Positions 29,603 to 39,083 of a DNA stretch of 64,000 bases are shown in pieces (the first letter of the stretch is position 1; each line of letters starts with the position of its first letter). The translations under genes were made by a program, and so were the position numbers. This DNA is from Verrucomicrobiia bacterium (GTDB lineage Bacteria > Acidobacteriota > Polarisedimenticolia > Gp22-AA2), in contig DASRAU010000046.1 in NCBI GenBank assembly GCA_035638075.1, positions 101,283 to 165,282 of the forward strand, read 5' to 3'. The notes beneath the pieces were generated by a model that saw only the letters and a program-made list of their open reading frames with translations, searched no databases and was not told the DNA's origin.

Positions 29603-30817
29603 ATGCGATGGCGTGAAGCCGCTGGCGGCCTCCTGGCCGCGTTCGTCCTGCTCTCTCCCTCCGCCTGCAAGGAAGAGGCGGCGCCCGAGGCGAAGCCGCT
29701 CGAGGTGCCGGTCGTCAAGGTGATCCAGCGCGACACCCCGATCACCGCCGAGCGGGTGGGGCAGATCTACGGCGCCCAGGACATCGAGATCCGGGCGCGC
29801 GTCCCCGGCTTCCTGCAGGGGATGCATTTCAAGGAGGGGTCGAACGTCCACAAGGGCGACCTCCTCTACACCATCGACCCGAGCGAGCAGCAGGCGCAGG
29901 TGGCGCACGCCGAGGCCGATCTGGCCTCCGCGAAGACGCGCCACGTCAAGGCCGTCGCGGACGTGAACCGCTACCGGCCGCTCGCCGAGATGAAGGCGGT
30001 CTCGCAGGCCGACCTCGACTCGGCGGTGGCCGAGGAGGGCGCGTCGCGCGGCCAGGTCGACGCGGCCGAGGCGAGCCTGCGCCTCTCGAAGATCAGCCTC
30101 GGCTACACGCGCATCTCGTCGCCCATCGACGGCCTCATCGGCATGACGCAGGCGAAGGTCGGCGACTACGTCGGCCAGTATCCCAACCCGATCGTGCTCA
30201 ACACCGTCTCGAACGTGGCGTCGGTGCAGGCGCGCTTCGCCATCACCGAGCGCGACTACCTCGACCTGATGCGCAAGTTCGGACCGCCGCACGAAGGCAG
30301 CGAGCCGCGCATGCACCACGACAACATCGAGCTGCTTTTGGCGGACGGTTCGGTCTACCCGCACAAGGGATCGCTCGACTTCGCCAACCGCCAGATCGAT
30401 CCCTCGACCGGGACGCTGCAGCTGCAGGCGACCTTCCCCAACCCCGACGCCATCCTGCGCCCCGGCCAGTACGCGCGCGTGCGCATCATCATCGACACCC
30501 GCAAGGGAGCCCTGCTGGTGCCGCAGCGCGCCGTGCAGGAGCTGCAGGGACAGCAGATGGTGACCATCGTCGGCCCGGACGGCGCGGCGGCGACGAAGAC
30601 CATCCAGACGGGGCCGCGCATCGGGGCCCTGGTGGTGGTGGACTCGGGGCTGCAGCCGGAGGATCGGATCGTCCTTGCCGGAGCGCAGAAGATCCGGCCG
30701 GGCGTGAAGGTGATTCCGAAGGAAGTCTCCGCGGAGGAGGCCGCCCCCGAGTCCGCGCCCGGCCAGCCCGCCGCGGCGCCGAAGGCGCCCGCCCCGGCAC
30801 CACCCGCGTCCCACTGA
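29603..30817 (+). CDS. RND efflux periplasmic adaptor subunit (AcrA/MexA family lipoprotein)
   Basis: 404 aa. Lipobox LLSPSAC. Membrane-fusion-protein coiled-coil/lipoyl/beta-barrel pattern. Confidence 0.85.
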   Translation: MRWREAAGGLLAAFVLLSPSACKEEAAPEAKPLEVPVVKVIQRDTPITAERVGQIYGAQDIEIRARVPGFLQGMHFKEGSNVHKGDLLYTIDPSEQQAQVAHAEADLASAKTRHVKAVADVNRYRPLAEMKAVSQADLDSAVAEEGASRGQVDAAEASLRLSKISLGYTRISSPIDGLIGMTQAKVGDYVGQYPNPIVLNTVSNVASVQARFAITERDYLDLMRKFGPPHEGSEPRMHHDNIELLLADGSVYPHKGSLDFANRQIDPSTGTLQLQATFPNPDAILRPGQYARVRIIIDTRKGALLVPQRAVQELQGQQMVTIVGPDGAAATKTIQTGPRIGALVVVDSGLQPEDRIVLAGAQKIRPGVKVIPKEVSAEEAAPESAPGQPAAAPKAPAPAPPASH

Positions 30818-30820
30818 GCG

Positions 30821-33800
30821 ATGGCGAAATTCTTCGTCAACCGCCCCATCGTGGCGATGGTCCTCTCCATCGTCACCGTCCTGCTCGGCCTCGTCGCGCT
30901 GACCCGCGTGCCGGTGGCGCAGTACCCGGACATCGTCCCGCCGATGATCCAGATCACCACCACCTACGTCGGCGCCTCGGCCGTGGACGTCGAGCAGTCG
31001 GTGGCGACCCCCATCGAGCAGCAGGTCAACGGCGTCGACAACTCGATCTACCTCAAGTCGATCAACGCCAACGACGGCACGCTGACCATGCGCGTGTCGT
31101 TCGAGGTCGGCACCGACCTCGACATCGCCAACGTCCTGACGCAGAACCGCCTGTCGCAGGCCACCGCGTCGCTGCCGACCTCGGTCAAGAACTACGGCGT
31201 GACCGTCAAGAAGTCGCTCGCCTTCCCGCTGATGCTGGTGGCGCTGAAGTCGCCGAACGGCACCTACGACAGCGCCTTCCTCAGCAACTACGCCGCCATC
31301 AACATCAACGACGCGCTCGCCCGCATCCGCGGCGTCGGGCAGGTGAACCTGTTCGGCGGCAGCGACTATGCCATGCGCATCTGGCTCAACCCGGACCGCC
31401 TCGCGTCGCTCGGGCTGACCGTCCCCGACATCGTCAAGGCGGTGCAGCAGCAGAACGTCGTGACGCCGGCCGGGCAGCTCGGCGGCCAGCCGGCGCCGCC
31501 GGGCACCGACTTCACCTACATCGTCAAGACGCAGGGGCGGCTGATGACCGCCGAGGAGTTCGGCTCCATCGTGCTGCGCACCAACCCGGACGGCTCGCAG
31601 GTGCGTCTCGGCGACGTGGCGCGCACGGAGCTGGGCTCGCTCCTCTACACGGCGCGCGGGCGCTTGAACGGCAACCCGAGCGCCGTCATCGCCATCTACC
31701 AGGCGCCCGGGTCCAACGCCCTGCAGGTCTCGGACGCCATCAAGAAGACGGTGGCCGAGGCGGCGTCGCGCTTCCCCTCCGACCTCGACTACGAGTTCTC
31801 CCTCGACACGACGCTGCCGGTGCGCGAGGGGATCAACGAGATCCTGCACACGCTGCTCGAGGCGGTCGTGCTGGTGCTGATCGTCGTCTTCATCTTCCTG
31901 CAGAACTGGCGCGCCACGCTCATCCCGCTGCTGACCGTGCCGGTGTCGCTGGTCGGCACGCTGATGGCGTTCCCCATGCTCGGGTTCTCGGTGAACGTGC
32001 TGTCGCTGCTCGGCCTGGTGCTCGCCATCGGCATCGTCGTGGACGACGCCATCGTCGTGGTCGAGGCCGTCATGCACCACATCGAGCACGGCCTGACGCC
32101 GAAAGACGCCACCCTCAAGGCGATGGAGGAGGTCTCGGGGCCGGTCGTGGCCATCGCGCTCATCCTGAGCGCCGTCTTCGTGCCGGTCGCCTTCATCAGC
32201 GGCATCACCGGGCGGCTGTACCAGCAGTTCGCCATCACCATCGCCATCTCGGTGCTGCTGTCGGCCTTCAACGCGTTGACGCTGAGCCCGGCGCTCAGCG
32301 CCATGCTGCTGAAGCCGAAGGGCGAGTCGAAGTCGTTCCTCGATCCGTTCTACAAGTGGTTCAACCGGGTCTTCGACCGGTTCACCAGCGGCTACGTCGG
32401 CCTCACCGGCTTCATGGTCAAGCGGATGGTGCGGAGCCTCATCGTGGTCGCCATCCTCATCGTGGCCACGGTGATGCTGGCGCGGCGCATCCCCGGCGGC
32501 TTCGTCCCCGAGGAGGACGAAGGCTACGTGATGGTGAACGTCCAGCTCCCCGACGCCGCGTCGCTCGATCGATCCGACGCCGTCTGCAAGAGGGTGGAAG
32601 CGATCCTCGGCAAGACCGAGGGGATCGCCTCGTACACCACCGTCACCGGCTACAGCATGCTGACCTCCGCGTACGCCTCGAACAACGCCTTCTTCTTCGT
32701 GTCGCTGAAGCCCTGGCACGAGCGGCACGGCGCGGCCCACACCTCGCGCGGCATCATGGCGGAGCTGAACCACGAGTTCGCGCTGACGATTCCCGAGGCG
32801 ACGGTGTTCGCCTTCGGGCCGCCGGCGATTCCCGGCCTCGGCACCGGGTCGGGGTTCACCTTCGTCCTGCAGGATCGCTCGGGCCAGGCGCCGCAGTACC
32901 TCGCCGACGAGGCGCAGAAGTTCGTCGCGGCGGCGTCGAAGCGCCCGGAGATCGGCCGCATCATCACGACGTATCGCGCCAGCGTCCCCCAGGTCTACGC
33001 CGAGGTCGACAGGGACAAGGTGCTCAAGCAGGGCGTGACCATCGACGACGTCAACACCACGATGGGGGCGTTCCTCGGCGGCTCGTACGTCAACGACTTC
33101 AACCGCTTCGGCCGCGTCTACAAGGTCTTCGTGCAGGCCGAACCGGAGTACCGCGTGCGCCGGGAGGACCTGAGCCTCTTCCACGTGCGCAACAGCAAGA
33201 ACGAGATGGTCCCCCTGTCGTCGTTCGTCTCGACCGCGAACGCCGCGGGCCCCGAGTACACCAACCGCTTCAACCTGTTCCGCTCCGCCGACCTGACCGG
33301 CATCCCGGCGCCGGGCTACTCGTCGGCGCAGGCGCTCGGCGCGCTGGAGCAGGTGGCGGCCGAGACCCTCGACGCGGGCGCCGGCTACGACTGGGCCGAC
33401 ATGTCGTACCAGGAGAAGAAGGCGGCCGGGTCGAGCGCGGTGGTGTTCGCGTTCGCCATCCTGCTGGTCTTCCTGATCCTCGCGGCGCAGTACGAGTCGT
33501 GGTCGCTGCCGTTCTCGGTGCTCCTCGGGACGCCCTTCGCCGCGTTCGGCGCCTTCCTCGGGCTGTGGCTGATGCGCTTTCTGAGCGAGTCGTACGTCAA
33601 CAACGTCTTCGCGCAGATCGGCCTCGTCATGCTCATCGGCCTCGCGGCGAAGAACGCCATCCTCATCGTCGAGTTCGCGCGCGCCAAGCTGCACGAAGGC
33701 ATGCCGATCGTCGAAGCGGCGCTCGAAGGCGCGAAGCTCCGGTTCCGGCCCATCCTGATGACGGCGTTCGCGTTCATCCTCGGCGTCGTGCCGCTGGTGC

Positions 33801-33991
33801 GCGCCTCCGGCGCCGGCGCCGAGGGGCGCAAGGTCATGGGGATGGCGGTGTTCGCCGGCATGCTCGTCGCGACCATCGTCGGCGTCGTGCTGATCCCGGT
33901 CCTGTTCACCTTCGTCGAGAAGATCACCGGTGGCGGCAGGCACAAGCCGGCGCCCCCCGGCGGCGAAACCAAGCCGGCGGCGGCGCACTGA
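30821..33991 (+). CDS. RND multidrug efflux permease, HAE1 (AcrB/MexB-like)
   Basis: 1056 aa. N-terminus MAKFFVNRPIVAMVLSIVTVLLGLVALTRVPVAQYPDIVPP is nearly collinear with AcrB. 12 TM segments plus two large periplasmic loops. Confidence 0.9.
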   Translation: MAKFFVNRPIVAMVLSIVTVLLGLVALTRVPVAQYPDIVPPMIQITTTYVGASAVDVEQSVATPIEQQVNGVDNSIYLKSINANDGTLTMRVSFEVGTDLDIANVLTQNRLSQATASLPTSVKNYGVTVKKSLAFPLMLVALKSPNGTYDSAFLSNYAAININDALARIRGVGQVNLFGGSDYAMRIWLNPDRLASLGLTVPDIVKAVQQQNVVTPAGQLGGQPAPPGTDFTYIVKTQGRLMTAEEFGSIVLRTNPDGSQVRLGDVARTELGSLLYTARGRLNGNPSAVIAIYQAPGSNALQVSDAIKKTVAEAASRFPSDLDYEFSLDTTLPVREGINEILHTLLEAVVLVLIVVFIFLQNWRATLIPLLTVPVSLVGTLMAFPMLGFSVNVLSLLGLVLAIGIVVDDAIVVVEAVMHHIEHGLTPKDATLKAMEEVSGPVVAIALILSAVFVPVAFISGITGRLYQQFAITIAISVLLSAFNALTLSPALSAMLLKPKGESKSFLDPFYKWFNRVFDRFTSGYVGLTGFMVKRMVRSLIVVAILIVATVMLARRIPGGFVPEEDEGYVMVNVQLPDAASLDRSDAVCKRVEAILGKTEGIASYTTVTGYSMLTSAYASNNAFFFVSLKPWHERHGAAHTSRGIMAELNHEFALTIPEATVFAFGPPAIPGLGTGSGFTFVLQDRSGQAPQYLADEAQKFVAAASKRPEIGRIITTYRASVPQVYAEVDRDKVLKQGVTIDDVNTTMGAFLGGSYVNDFNRFGRVYKVFVQAEPEYRVRREDLSLFHVRNSKNEMVPLSSFVSTANAAGPEYTNRFNLFRSADLTGIPAPGYSSAQALGALEQVAAETLDAGAGYDWADMSYQEKKAAGSSAVVFAFAILLVFLILAAQYESWSLPFSVLLGTPFAAFGAFLGLWLMRFLSESYVNNVFAQIGLVMLIGLAAKNAILIVEFARAKLHEGMPIVEAALEGAKLRFRPILMTAFAFILGVVPLVRASGAGAEGRKVMGMAVFAGMLVATIVGVVLIPVLFTFVEKITGGGRHKPAPPGGETKPAAAH

Positions 33992-33992
33992 C

Positions 33993-35444
33993 ATGACTCG
34001 CCTCGCGCGCGTCTTCCTCGCGGCGCTGCTGCTGCCGGTGGCGCTCGCCTCCTGCCGGCTCGGCCCCGACTACCAGCAGCCGGAGATGACCCTGCCGCAG
34101 ATGTGGCGGCAGCAGGCTCCCCCCGGCCAGACCGCCTCCGACACCGCCTGGTGGGATCTCTTCCAGGACGACACGCTGCGCGAGCTGGTCACGATCGCGC
34201 TCAACGAGAACAAGGACCTGGGCATCGCCGCGGCCCGTGTCGACGAGGCGCGCGCCCGCTACGGCTTCACCCACGCCGATCAGTTCCCGGTGGTGAACCT
34301 GGCGATCGACGCGACCCGCTTCCGCACCAGCGAGCAGGTCGCCGACACCGCCGGTGGCGGCGACACGCACAACTTCTTCAGCGGCCGCGTCGAGGCGTTC
34401 TACGAAGTCGATCTCTGGGGCAAGTACCGCCGCGCCACCGAGGCGGCGCGCGCCGAGCTCCTCGGCAGCGAGATGGCGCGCCAGACGGTGGTGCTGTCGC
34501 TCGTCTCCGACGTCGCCACCGCCTACGTCGACCTGCTCGATCTCGACAACCGCCTGGCCATCGCCCGCACCACGCTCCAGGCGCGCACCGAGTACCTGCG
34601 CATCATCACCGCCCGCTTCGACAAGGGGATCGTCTCGGCCCTCGACGTGCGCCAGGCGGAGATCCAGCAGTCGATCGCCGCCGCCGCCATCCCGCAGTTC
34701 GAGCGGCAGCTCGCCGAGACGGAGGATCGCATCCGCATCCTGCTCGGGCGCTTCCCCGGAGACGTGCCGCGCGGGCGGCCGCTCTACGACGCGATCCTGC
34801 CTCCGGACGTCCCGGCGGGCATCACCTCGGACCTTCTGGTCCGCCGTCCGGACGTGCAGTCGGCGGAGGCTCAGCTCGTCGCCGCCAACGCCCGCATCGG
34901 GGTCGCCGAGGCGCAGCGCTTCCCGCTCATCGCCCTGACCGCTTCGGCCGGCGCCGCCAGCAGCGATCTCTCCGACATCACGAAAGGGGGCGCCGGCACC
35001 TGGAGCATCGCCGGGGCCCTGCTCCAGCCGCTCTTCAACTTCGGCAAGAACAAGCGCCGCGTCGAGATCGCCCGCGCCCAGACGCAGCAGGCGCTCTTCT
35101 TCTACGAGGGGTCGGTGCAGCAGGCGTTCCGCGAGGTCGAGGACGCCCTGGCGGCGGTGCGCACCTCGAAGGATTCAGTAGCCGCCTACGAGCAGCAAGT
35201 GAAAGCGGCCCGGTCGGCGCTCACCCTCTCGACGGCGCGCTACGACCAGGGGGTGACGTCCTACCTCGAGGTCCTCATCCAGCAGACGCAGGCCTTCGAC
35301 GCCGAGCTGGCCGCCTCGGTGTCCCGCCGCGATCAGCTCGCGTCGGTGATCCGCCTCTACACGGCGCTCGGCGGCGGCTGGGGACTGGAAGCAACCGTGC
35401 CTCCGTCCGAAGCGGCCCCGGCCGCCACCGCCGCTCCGCACTGA
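33993..35444 (+). CDS. RND efflux outer-membrane factor lipoprotein (NodT/OprM family)
   Basis: ATG 33993 lies 1 nt after the RND stop. Lipobox VALASC. Two TolC-like repeats. Confidence 0.85.
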   Translation: MTRLARVFLAALLLPVALASCRLGPDYQQPEMTLPQMWRQQAPPGQTASDTAWWDLFQDDTLRELVTIALNENKDLGIAAARVDEARARYGFTHADQFPVVNLAIDATRFRTSEQVADTAGGGDTHNFFSGRVEAFYEVDLWGKYRRATEAARAELLGSEMARQTVVLSLVSDVATAYVDLLDLDNRLAIARTTLQARTEYLRIITARFDKGIVSALDVRQAEIQQSIAAAAIPQFERQLAETEDRIRILLGRFPGDVPRGRPLYDAILPPDVPAGITSDLLVRRPDVQSAEAQLVAANARIGVAEAQRFPLIALTASAGAASSDLSDITKGGAGTWSIAGALLQPLFNFGKNKRRVEIARAQTQQALFFYEGSVQQAFREVEDALAAVRTSKDSVAAYEQQVKAARSALTLSTARYDQGVTSYLEVLIQQTQAFDAELAASVSRRDQLASVIRLYTALGGGWGLEATVPPSEAAPAATAAPH

Positions 35445-35508
35445 AAGCGCGCCCCGACGCGCGCGCAGTGTCATCGGGTTATCATCCGCCCCGCTCCAGG
35501 GGGAGGAC

Positions 35509-36531
35509 ATGAGCGGTCGTCGGGCGACGCTTTGGTCGAGCGGTCTGTGGGTCACCCTCCTGGTGCTCGGCGCCTCCCCGGCGTTCGCCCAGACGCCGCC
35601 GGCGACCCAGCCCCCGGTGGAGGAGAAGACCAGCCCCTGGTCGAACTCGACCGAGCTGAGCCTCGTCTGGACCGCCGGGAACTCCGACGTCCAGACGCTC
35701 GGCTTCAAGGACACGCTCGAGTACAAGCAGGCGCACGGACGCACCCGGGTCCGCCTCGACACCCTGCGCTCCGACACCAGCGACGACCCGTATCTTCTCG
35801 TCGAGCCCGGGCTCACCTTCCTCCCCGGGGAGACCCTGGCAGACCCCCCGACGCACGAGGTGCGCCCGGGGGCCGAGCCGGACGTCGCCCGCTACTTCGC
35901 GGAGGGAAAGTACGAAGGGAACCTCTCGAAGGAGGCGCGCTGGTACCGCGGCGCCACGGGGGCCACCTGGAACGCGGGCGCGTCGTGGGACCGCAACGAG
36001 GACGCCGGGATCCTCAGCCGCACCATCGTGTTCGGCGGCCTGGGGCACACCTGGCGCGATCGGGACGATCTCAAGTTCCGCACCACGTACGGCTTCTCCT
36101 GGACCAACCGCATCGAGGACGTCGACGATCCGGAGAAGGACCAGAAGTTCGTCGGCTTGCGGCTCACCTCCGACTTCACCGACAAGTGGGGGGCGAACAC
36201 GACCTACGACAACGACTTCACCTACAACGTCAGCTTCAAGGACCTGTCCGACTGGAACGCCGATCTCATCCAGGGCGTCTCGGTGATGATGTCGAAGCAC
36301 CTGGCTCTGAAGATCAGCCTGCAGCTCACCTACGCCAACGAGCCGGCCCTCGATGAGGTGGACATCATCGTGCGCGGGCAGCTGGTGGACCCGGACGGCA
36401 TCCCCGGCAGCGGCGACGAGTTCTTCGAAACGGTGGCGTCGGGCGGCAACGAGATCACCATCGGCGAAGGGGTCCTGCGCCGCGAGAAGCTCGACTCGAC
36501 CTTCCGGACCTCGCTGTCGATTACGTTCTAG
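35509..36531 (+). CDS. DUF481 (YdiY-like) outer-membrane beta-barrel protein (putative)
   Basis: 340 aa. RBS GGGGAGGA, signal peptide, beta-strand periodicity, C-terminal ...SLSITF. Confidence 0.5.
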   Translation: MSGRRATLWSSGLWVTLLVLGASPAFAQTPPATQPPVEEKTSPWSNSTELSLVWTAGNSDVQTLGFKDTLEYKQAHGRTRVRLDTLRSDTSDDPYLLVEPGLTFLPGETLADPPTHEVRPGAEPDVARYFAEGKYEGNLSKEARWYRGATGATWNAGASWDRNEDAGILSRTIVFGGLGHTWRDRDDLKFRTTYGFSWTNRIEDVDDPEKDQKFVGLRLTSDFTDKWGANTTYDNDFTYNVSFKDLSDWNADLIQGVSVMMSKHLALKISLQLTYANEPALDEVDIIVRGQLVDPDGIPGSGDEFFETVASGGNEITIGEGVLRREKLDSTFRTSLSITF

Positions 36532-37010
36532 CGCTCGGCCTGCAGGTGGGCCTCGACGAACCACAGGTCCTTGTCGACGGCGCGCGAGATCTCGGTGAAG
36601 ATGTCCGCGGTCCCCTTGTCCCCCATCTCGTCCGAGCGGTCGATCCCCTGGCGCACGACCGAGCCGAAGTACGCGAGGCTGCGCGACAGCGCCTCGACGT
36701 GCTCGCGGCCGGAGGCGATCTGCAGCGGGTACTCGGGCAGCTGGGACTGCTTCGCCACGACGCGCGCCGTCGCCTCGACGGTGCCGCCGAGCTGGATGAT
36801 CCGCTCCGCCAGCAGGTCGGCGTAATCGCCGGCGTGCTCGTACACCTGGTCGAACAGCTGGTGCAGCGCGATGAACGCCGGCCCCTTGACGTTCCAGTGG
36901 GCCTGCTTGGCGTGCGTCACCAGGTCCACGGCGTCCGACAGGCGCTCCTGCAGGAGCCCCGCCACCTGGACGCGGACCTTCTCCGAAATGTCGTTCTTCG
37001 TCTTGTGCAT
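36528..37010 (-). CDS. dps: Dps (DNA-binding ferritin-like protein from starved cells)
   Basis: Ferritin-like ferroxidase motifs (HWNVKGPAFIALHQLFDQ..., E..D). Start assigned to the second ATG (37010) because the GGAGGAG RBS abuts the first ATG. Confidence 0.85.
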   Translation of the reverse strand: MHKTKNDISEKVRVQVAGLLQERLSDAVDLVTHAKQAHWNVKGPAFIALHQLFDQVYEHAGDYADLLAERIIQLGGTVEATARVVAKQSQLPEYPLQIASGREHVEALSRSLAYFGSVVRQGIDRSDEMGDKGTADIFTEISRAVDKDLWFVEAHLQAER

Positions 37011-37034
37011 CGGCATCTCCTCCGGATGGCGACG

Positions 37035-37063
37035 ACAGTAGCCCCGCGCCGGGGCGAGGTCAA
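37035..37063 (-). promoter_or_regulatory. Putative sigma70-type promoter of dps with embedded palindrome
   Basis: On the minus strand: TTGACC, then a 17-nt spacer, then TACTGT, about 25 nt upstream of the dps start. The spacer contains the inverted repeat GCCCCG-GCG-CGGGGC. Confidence 0.4.
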
Positions 37064-37416
37064 GTCCGCGGGCGGCGCAGGGCGCTCCAGGTCCACAGGG
37101 CGCCGGCGCCGTCGAGGCCGGCCATCAGCAGGACGAAGCGGGGCGCCGCGCCTGAGACGACCAGCGCCGTGAAGACGACGGCGCCGAGAGCGCGCCCCCC
37201 GATGGTCGCGCGGAAAAACGGCGTCACCTCGGCGCGCGCGGCGCTGACGTAGTAGAAGCCGAGGACGAACGACACGACGCCGAGGATCCGCAGCCACGGC
37301 TCCTGCGTCGGCGGCTGGCCGAAGATCGCCAGCATGCCGCCGGGCGAGACGAACAGCCCCGCGCCGAGAAGCGCCAGGTAGGCGCCGAAGGCGAGCACGC
37401 TGCCCGCGGCGCGGCT
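37060..37416 (-). CDS. Small hypothetical membrane protein (3 TM); start uncertain
   Basis: Three hydrophobic segments (SVLAFGAYLALLGAGLFV, ILGVVSFVLGFYYV, ALGAVVFTALVVSGAAP). Proposed GTG 37416 lies 4 nt after the upstream VOC gene stop. Confidence 0.35.
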   Translation of the reverse strand, partial: SRAAGSVLAFGAYLALLGAGLFVSPGGMLAIFGQPPTQEPWLRILGVVSFVLGFYYVSAARAEVTPFFRATIGGRALGAVVFTALVVSGAAPRFVLLMAGLDGAGALWTWSALRRPRT

Positions 37417-37420
37417 CACG

Positions 37421-37951
37421 TCAGCGACGCCGTCCGCCGCGGCGCGGCCGGTACTTTGCGCCGCGGCCGGCGGCACGGCCATGGCGCCGGCGCCGCGCCA
37501 CGGAAGCGCGCGGCGCGGCCGCCCGGCGCCGTTTCGGCCTGGTGCCGGTCGCTTTCTGCGGCGGCGCCGGCTCGATCAGCGCCGCGACCGCTCCGGCCGG
37601 ATCGCGGATGACGGCATAGCGTCCCGCCGAGCCCATCCCCCTGGGGCCGACGAGGACCGACCCGCCGCGCGCGTGGCACTTCGCGACGCTGCGGTCGAGA
37701 TCGGCGACCGTGACGTAGATCAGCCACTGCGCCGGCAGACCTGCGTTCGTTCCGCGCGCGTGGCAGATGCCGGCGATCGGATCCCCGCCGCCGGGCGGGT
37801 GCATGGTGAAGTCGGCGTAGCCGCCCATCTCGACGTCGCCCGCGGTCCAGCCGACGACCTCGCGGTAGAAGTCGCGCACCTCCTGCGCCGCCTCCACCGT
37901 CAGGTCGATCCAGGCGATGGCGCCGATCCTCGGCCGGTGCTTGTCGCTCAT
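37421..37951 (-). CDS. VOC (glyoxalase/bleomycin-resistance/PhnB-like) family protein with Arg-rich C-terminal tail
   Basis: ATG 37951. About 130-aa VOC domain (IAWIDLTVEAAQEVRDFY..., AVIRDPAGAVAALIEP). The 45-aa Arg/Ala-rich tail may be ORF over-run. Confidence 0.55.
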   Translation of the reverse strand: MSDKHRPRIGAIAWIDLTVEAAQEVRDFYREVVGWTAGDVEMGGYADFTMHPPGGGDPIAGICHARGTNAGLPAQWLIYVTVADLDRSVAKCHARGGSVLVGPRGMGSAGRYAVIRDPAGAVAALIEPAPPQKATGTRPKRRRAAAPRASVARRRRHGRAAGRGAKYRPRRGGRRR

Positions 37952-38352
37952 CAGCCGTTCCGGCGCGAGGTGGCGAAGCGCGGCAGGGAATCCCGAAGCT
38001 CGGCCCACGGCAGCATGCGCGAGGCGAAGACATGGTCGTCCGGCGTGATGCTGGACGGATCGTCGAGGCTGCACGTGGTCACGTCGATCTCCCCCGCGTC
38101 GTCATGGTTCTCGAAGGTGAGCGGTGTCCCGCAGGTGGAGCAGAAGGTCCGGGTCACCCCCGGACGCGACGCGAACGAGGCGGCCTGCCCGCGCGTCCAG
38201 GCGAACGCTCCCGCGGGAAACGTGGACCAGGTCACGAACGCGGCGGCGCTCGTCTTCCGGCAGTGCAGGCAGTGGCAGTGGGTCGAGTTCTTCGGCTCGC
38301 CGGTGACCGTGTAGCGCACCGCGCCGCAGAAGCATCCTCCTTCGCGTGTCAT
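37951..38352 (-). CDS. GFA-family (glutathione-dependent formaldehyde-activating / CENP-V-like) zinc protein
   Basis: 133 aa from ATG 38352 (RBS GGAAGGAG). Cys pattern GGCFCGAVRY..HCHCLHCRK..CSTCG. Confidence 0.7.
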   Translation of the reverse strand: MTREGGCFCGAVRYTVTGEPKNSTHCHCLHCRKTSAAAFVTWSTFPAGAFAWTRGQAASFASRPGVTRTFCSTCGTPLTFENHDDAGEIDVTTCSLDDPSSITPDDHVFASRMLPWAELRDSLPRFATSRRNG

Positions 38353-38411
38353 GGCGATGGCTCCTTCCGCGCCGCCGCCCGACCACCTCGCGGGGACCGG
38401 CGCGGCCGGCA

Positions 38412-39083
38412 TTATCCGCCGGATCGAAGGCGGCCGAGGATCGTCACGTACGAGGCGGGAAGCTCCGAGCCGATGTGCACCGGTTTCCCTGCAGGGGTCC
38501 GCACCGCGAGCGACCGCGCGTGCAGCATCAGGCGCTCCGCGTCCACCCGGGTCGATCCTTCCCCGGGAGGCTCGCCGTAGCGGCGATCTCCGGCGACGGG
38601 ATGCCCGAGGCTGTACAGGTGCACGCGGATCTGGTGACGCCGCCCCGTCACCGGGTGCGCCAAAAGCTCGGTGCACCCTCCGGCGAAGCCGGTGACGCGG
38701 TAGTGGGTCAGGCAGGGCTTGCCGCGCCGGCGATCCACCCCCATCCGCCCGGAGCCGAACGGGCGGATGGCCGCGGTGATCTTCCCGTCCGTCGCCGCCA
38801 TCCGACCCTCGGCCACGGCGGCGTAGGTCTTGCGGGCGCGCCGGTGCTCGAACTCGCCGTTGAGGTGGCGATGCGCCGCGGCGTTCTTCGCGAACAGCAG
38901 CACGCCGCTGGTGTCGCGGTCGAGCCGGTGCACGACGTAGAGGCGCGTGCCCGCCTGCGCCGTCGCCACCTCGAGCGCGCACGGGCCGCGCGCGATCCTC
39001 TCCGGGATGACCGGCAGCCCCTCCGGCTTGTCCACGGCGTAGAGGTCGTCGTCCTCGTACAGGACCGGCAGCCGGTCCGTCAT
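38412..39083 (-). CDS. RluA-family pseudouridine synthase (short, TruC/RluA-like)
   Basis: 223 aa from ATG 39083. Catalytic motif HRLDRDTSGVLLFAK and QIRVHL. Confidence 0.7.
   Translation of the reverse strand: MTDRLPVLYEDDDLYAVDKPEGLPVIPERIARGPCALEVATAQAGTRLYVVHRLDRDTSGVLLFAKNAAAHRHLNGEFEHRRARKTYAAVAEGRMAATDGKITAAIRPFGSGRMGVDRRRGKPCLTHYRVTGFAGGCTELLAHPVTGRRHQIRVHLYSLGHPVAGDRRYGEPPGEGSTRVDAERLMLHARSLAVRTPAGKPVHIGSELPASYVTILGRLRSGG

Noticed and set aside
35446-35475. GCGCGC-cccgac-GCGCGC hairpin after the RND outer-membrane-factor gene as a rho-independent terminator
   Set aside because: Stem is present but there is no downstream U-tract. Similar GC hairpins (48074-48108, 54885-54915) were seen after other genes. 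In this GC-rich genome they cannot be called terminators by eye.
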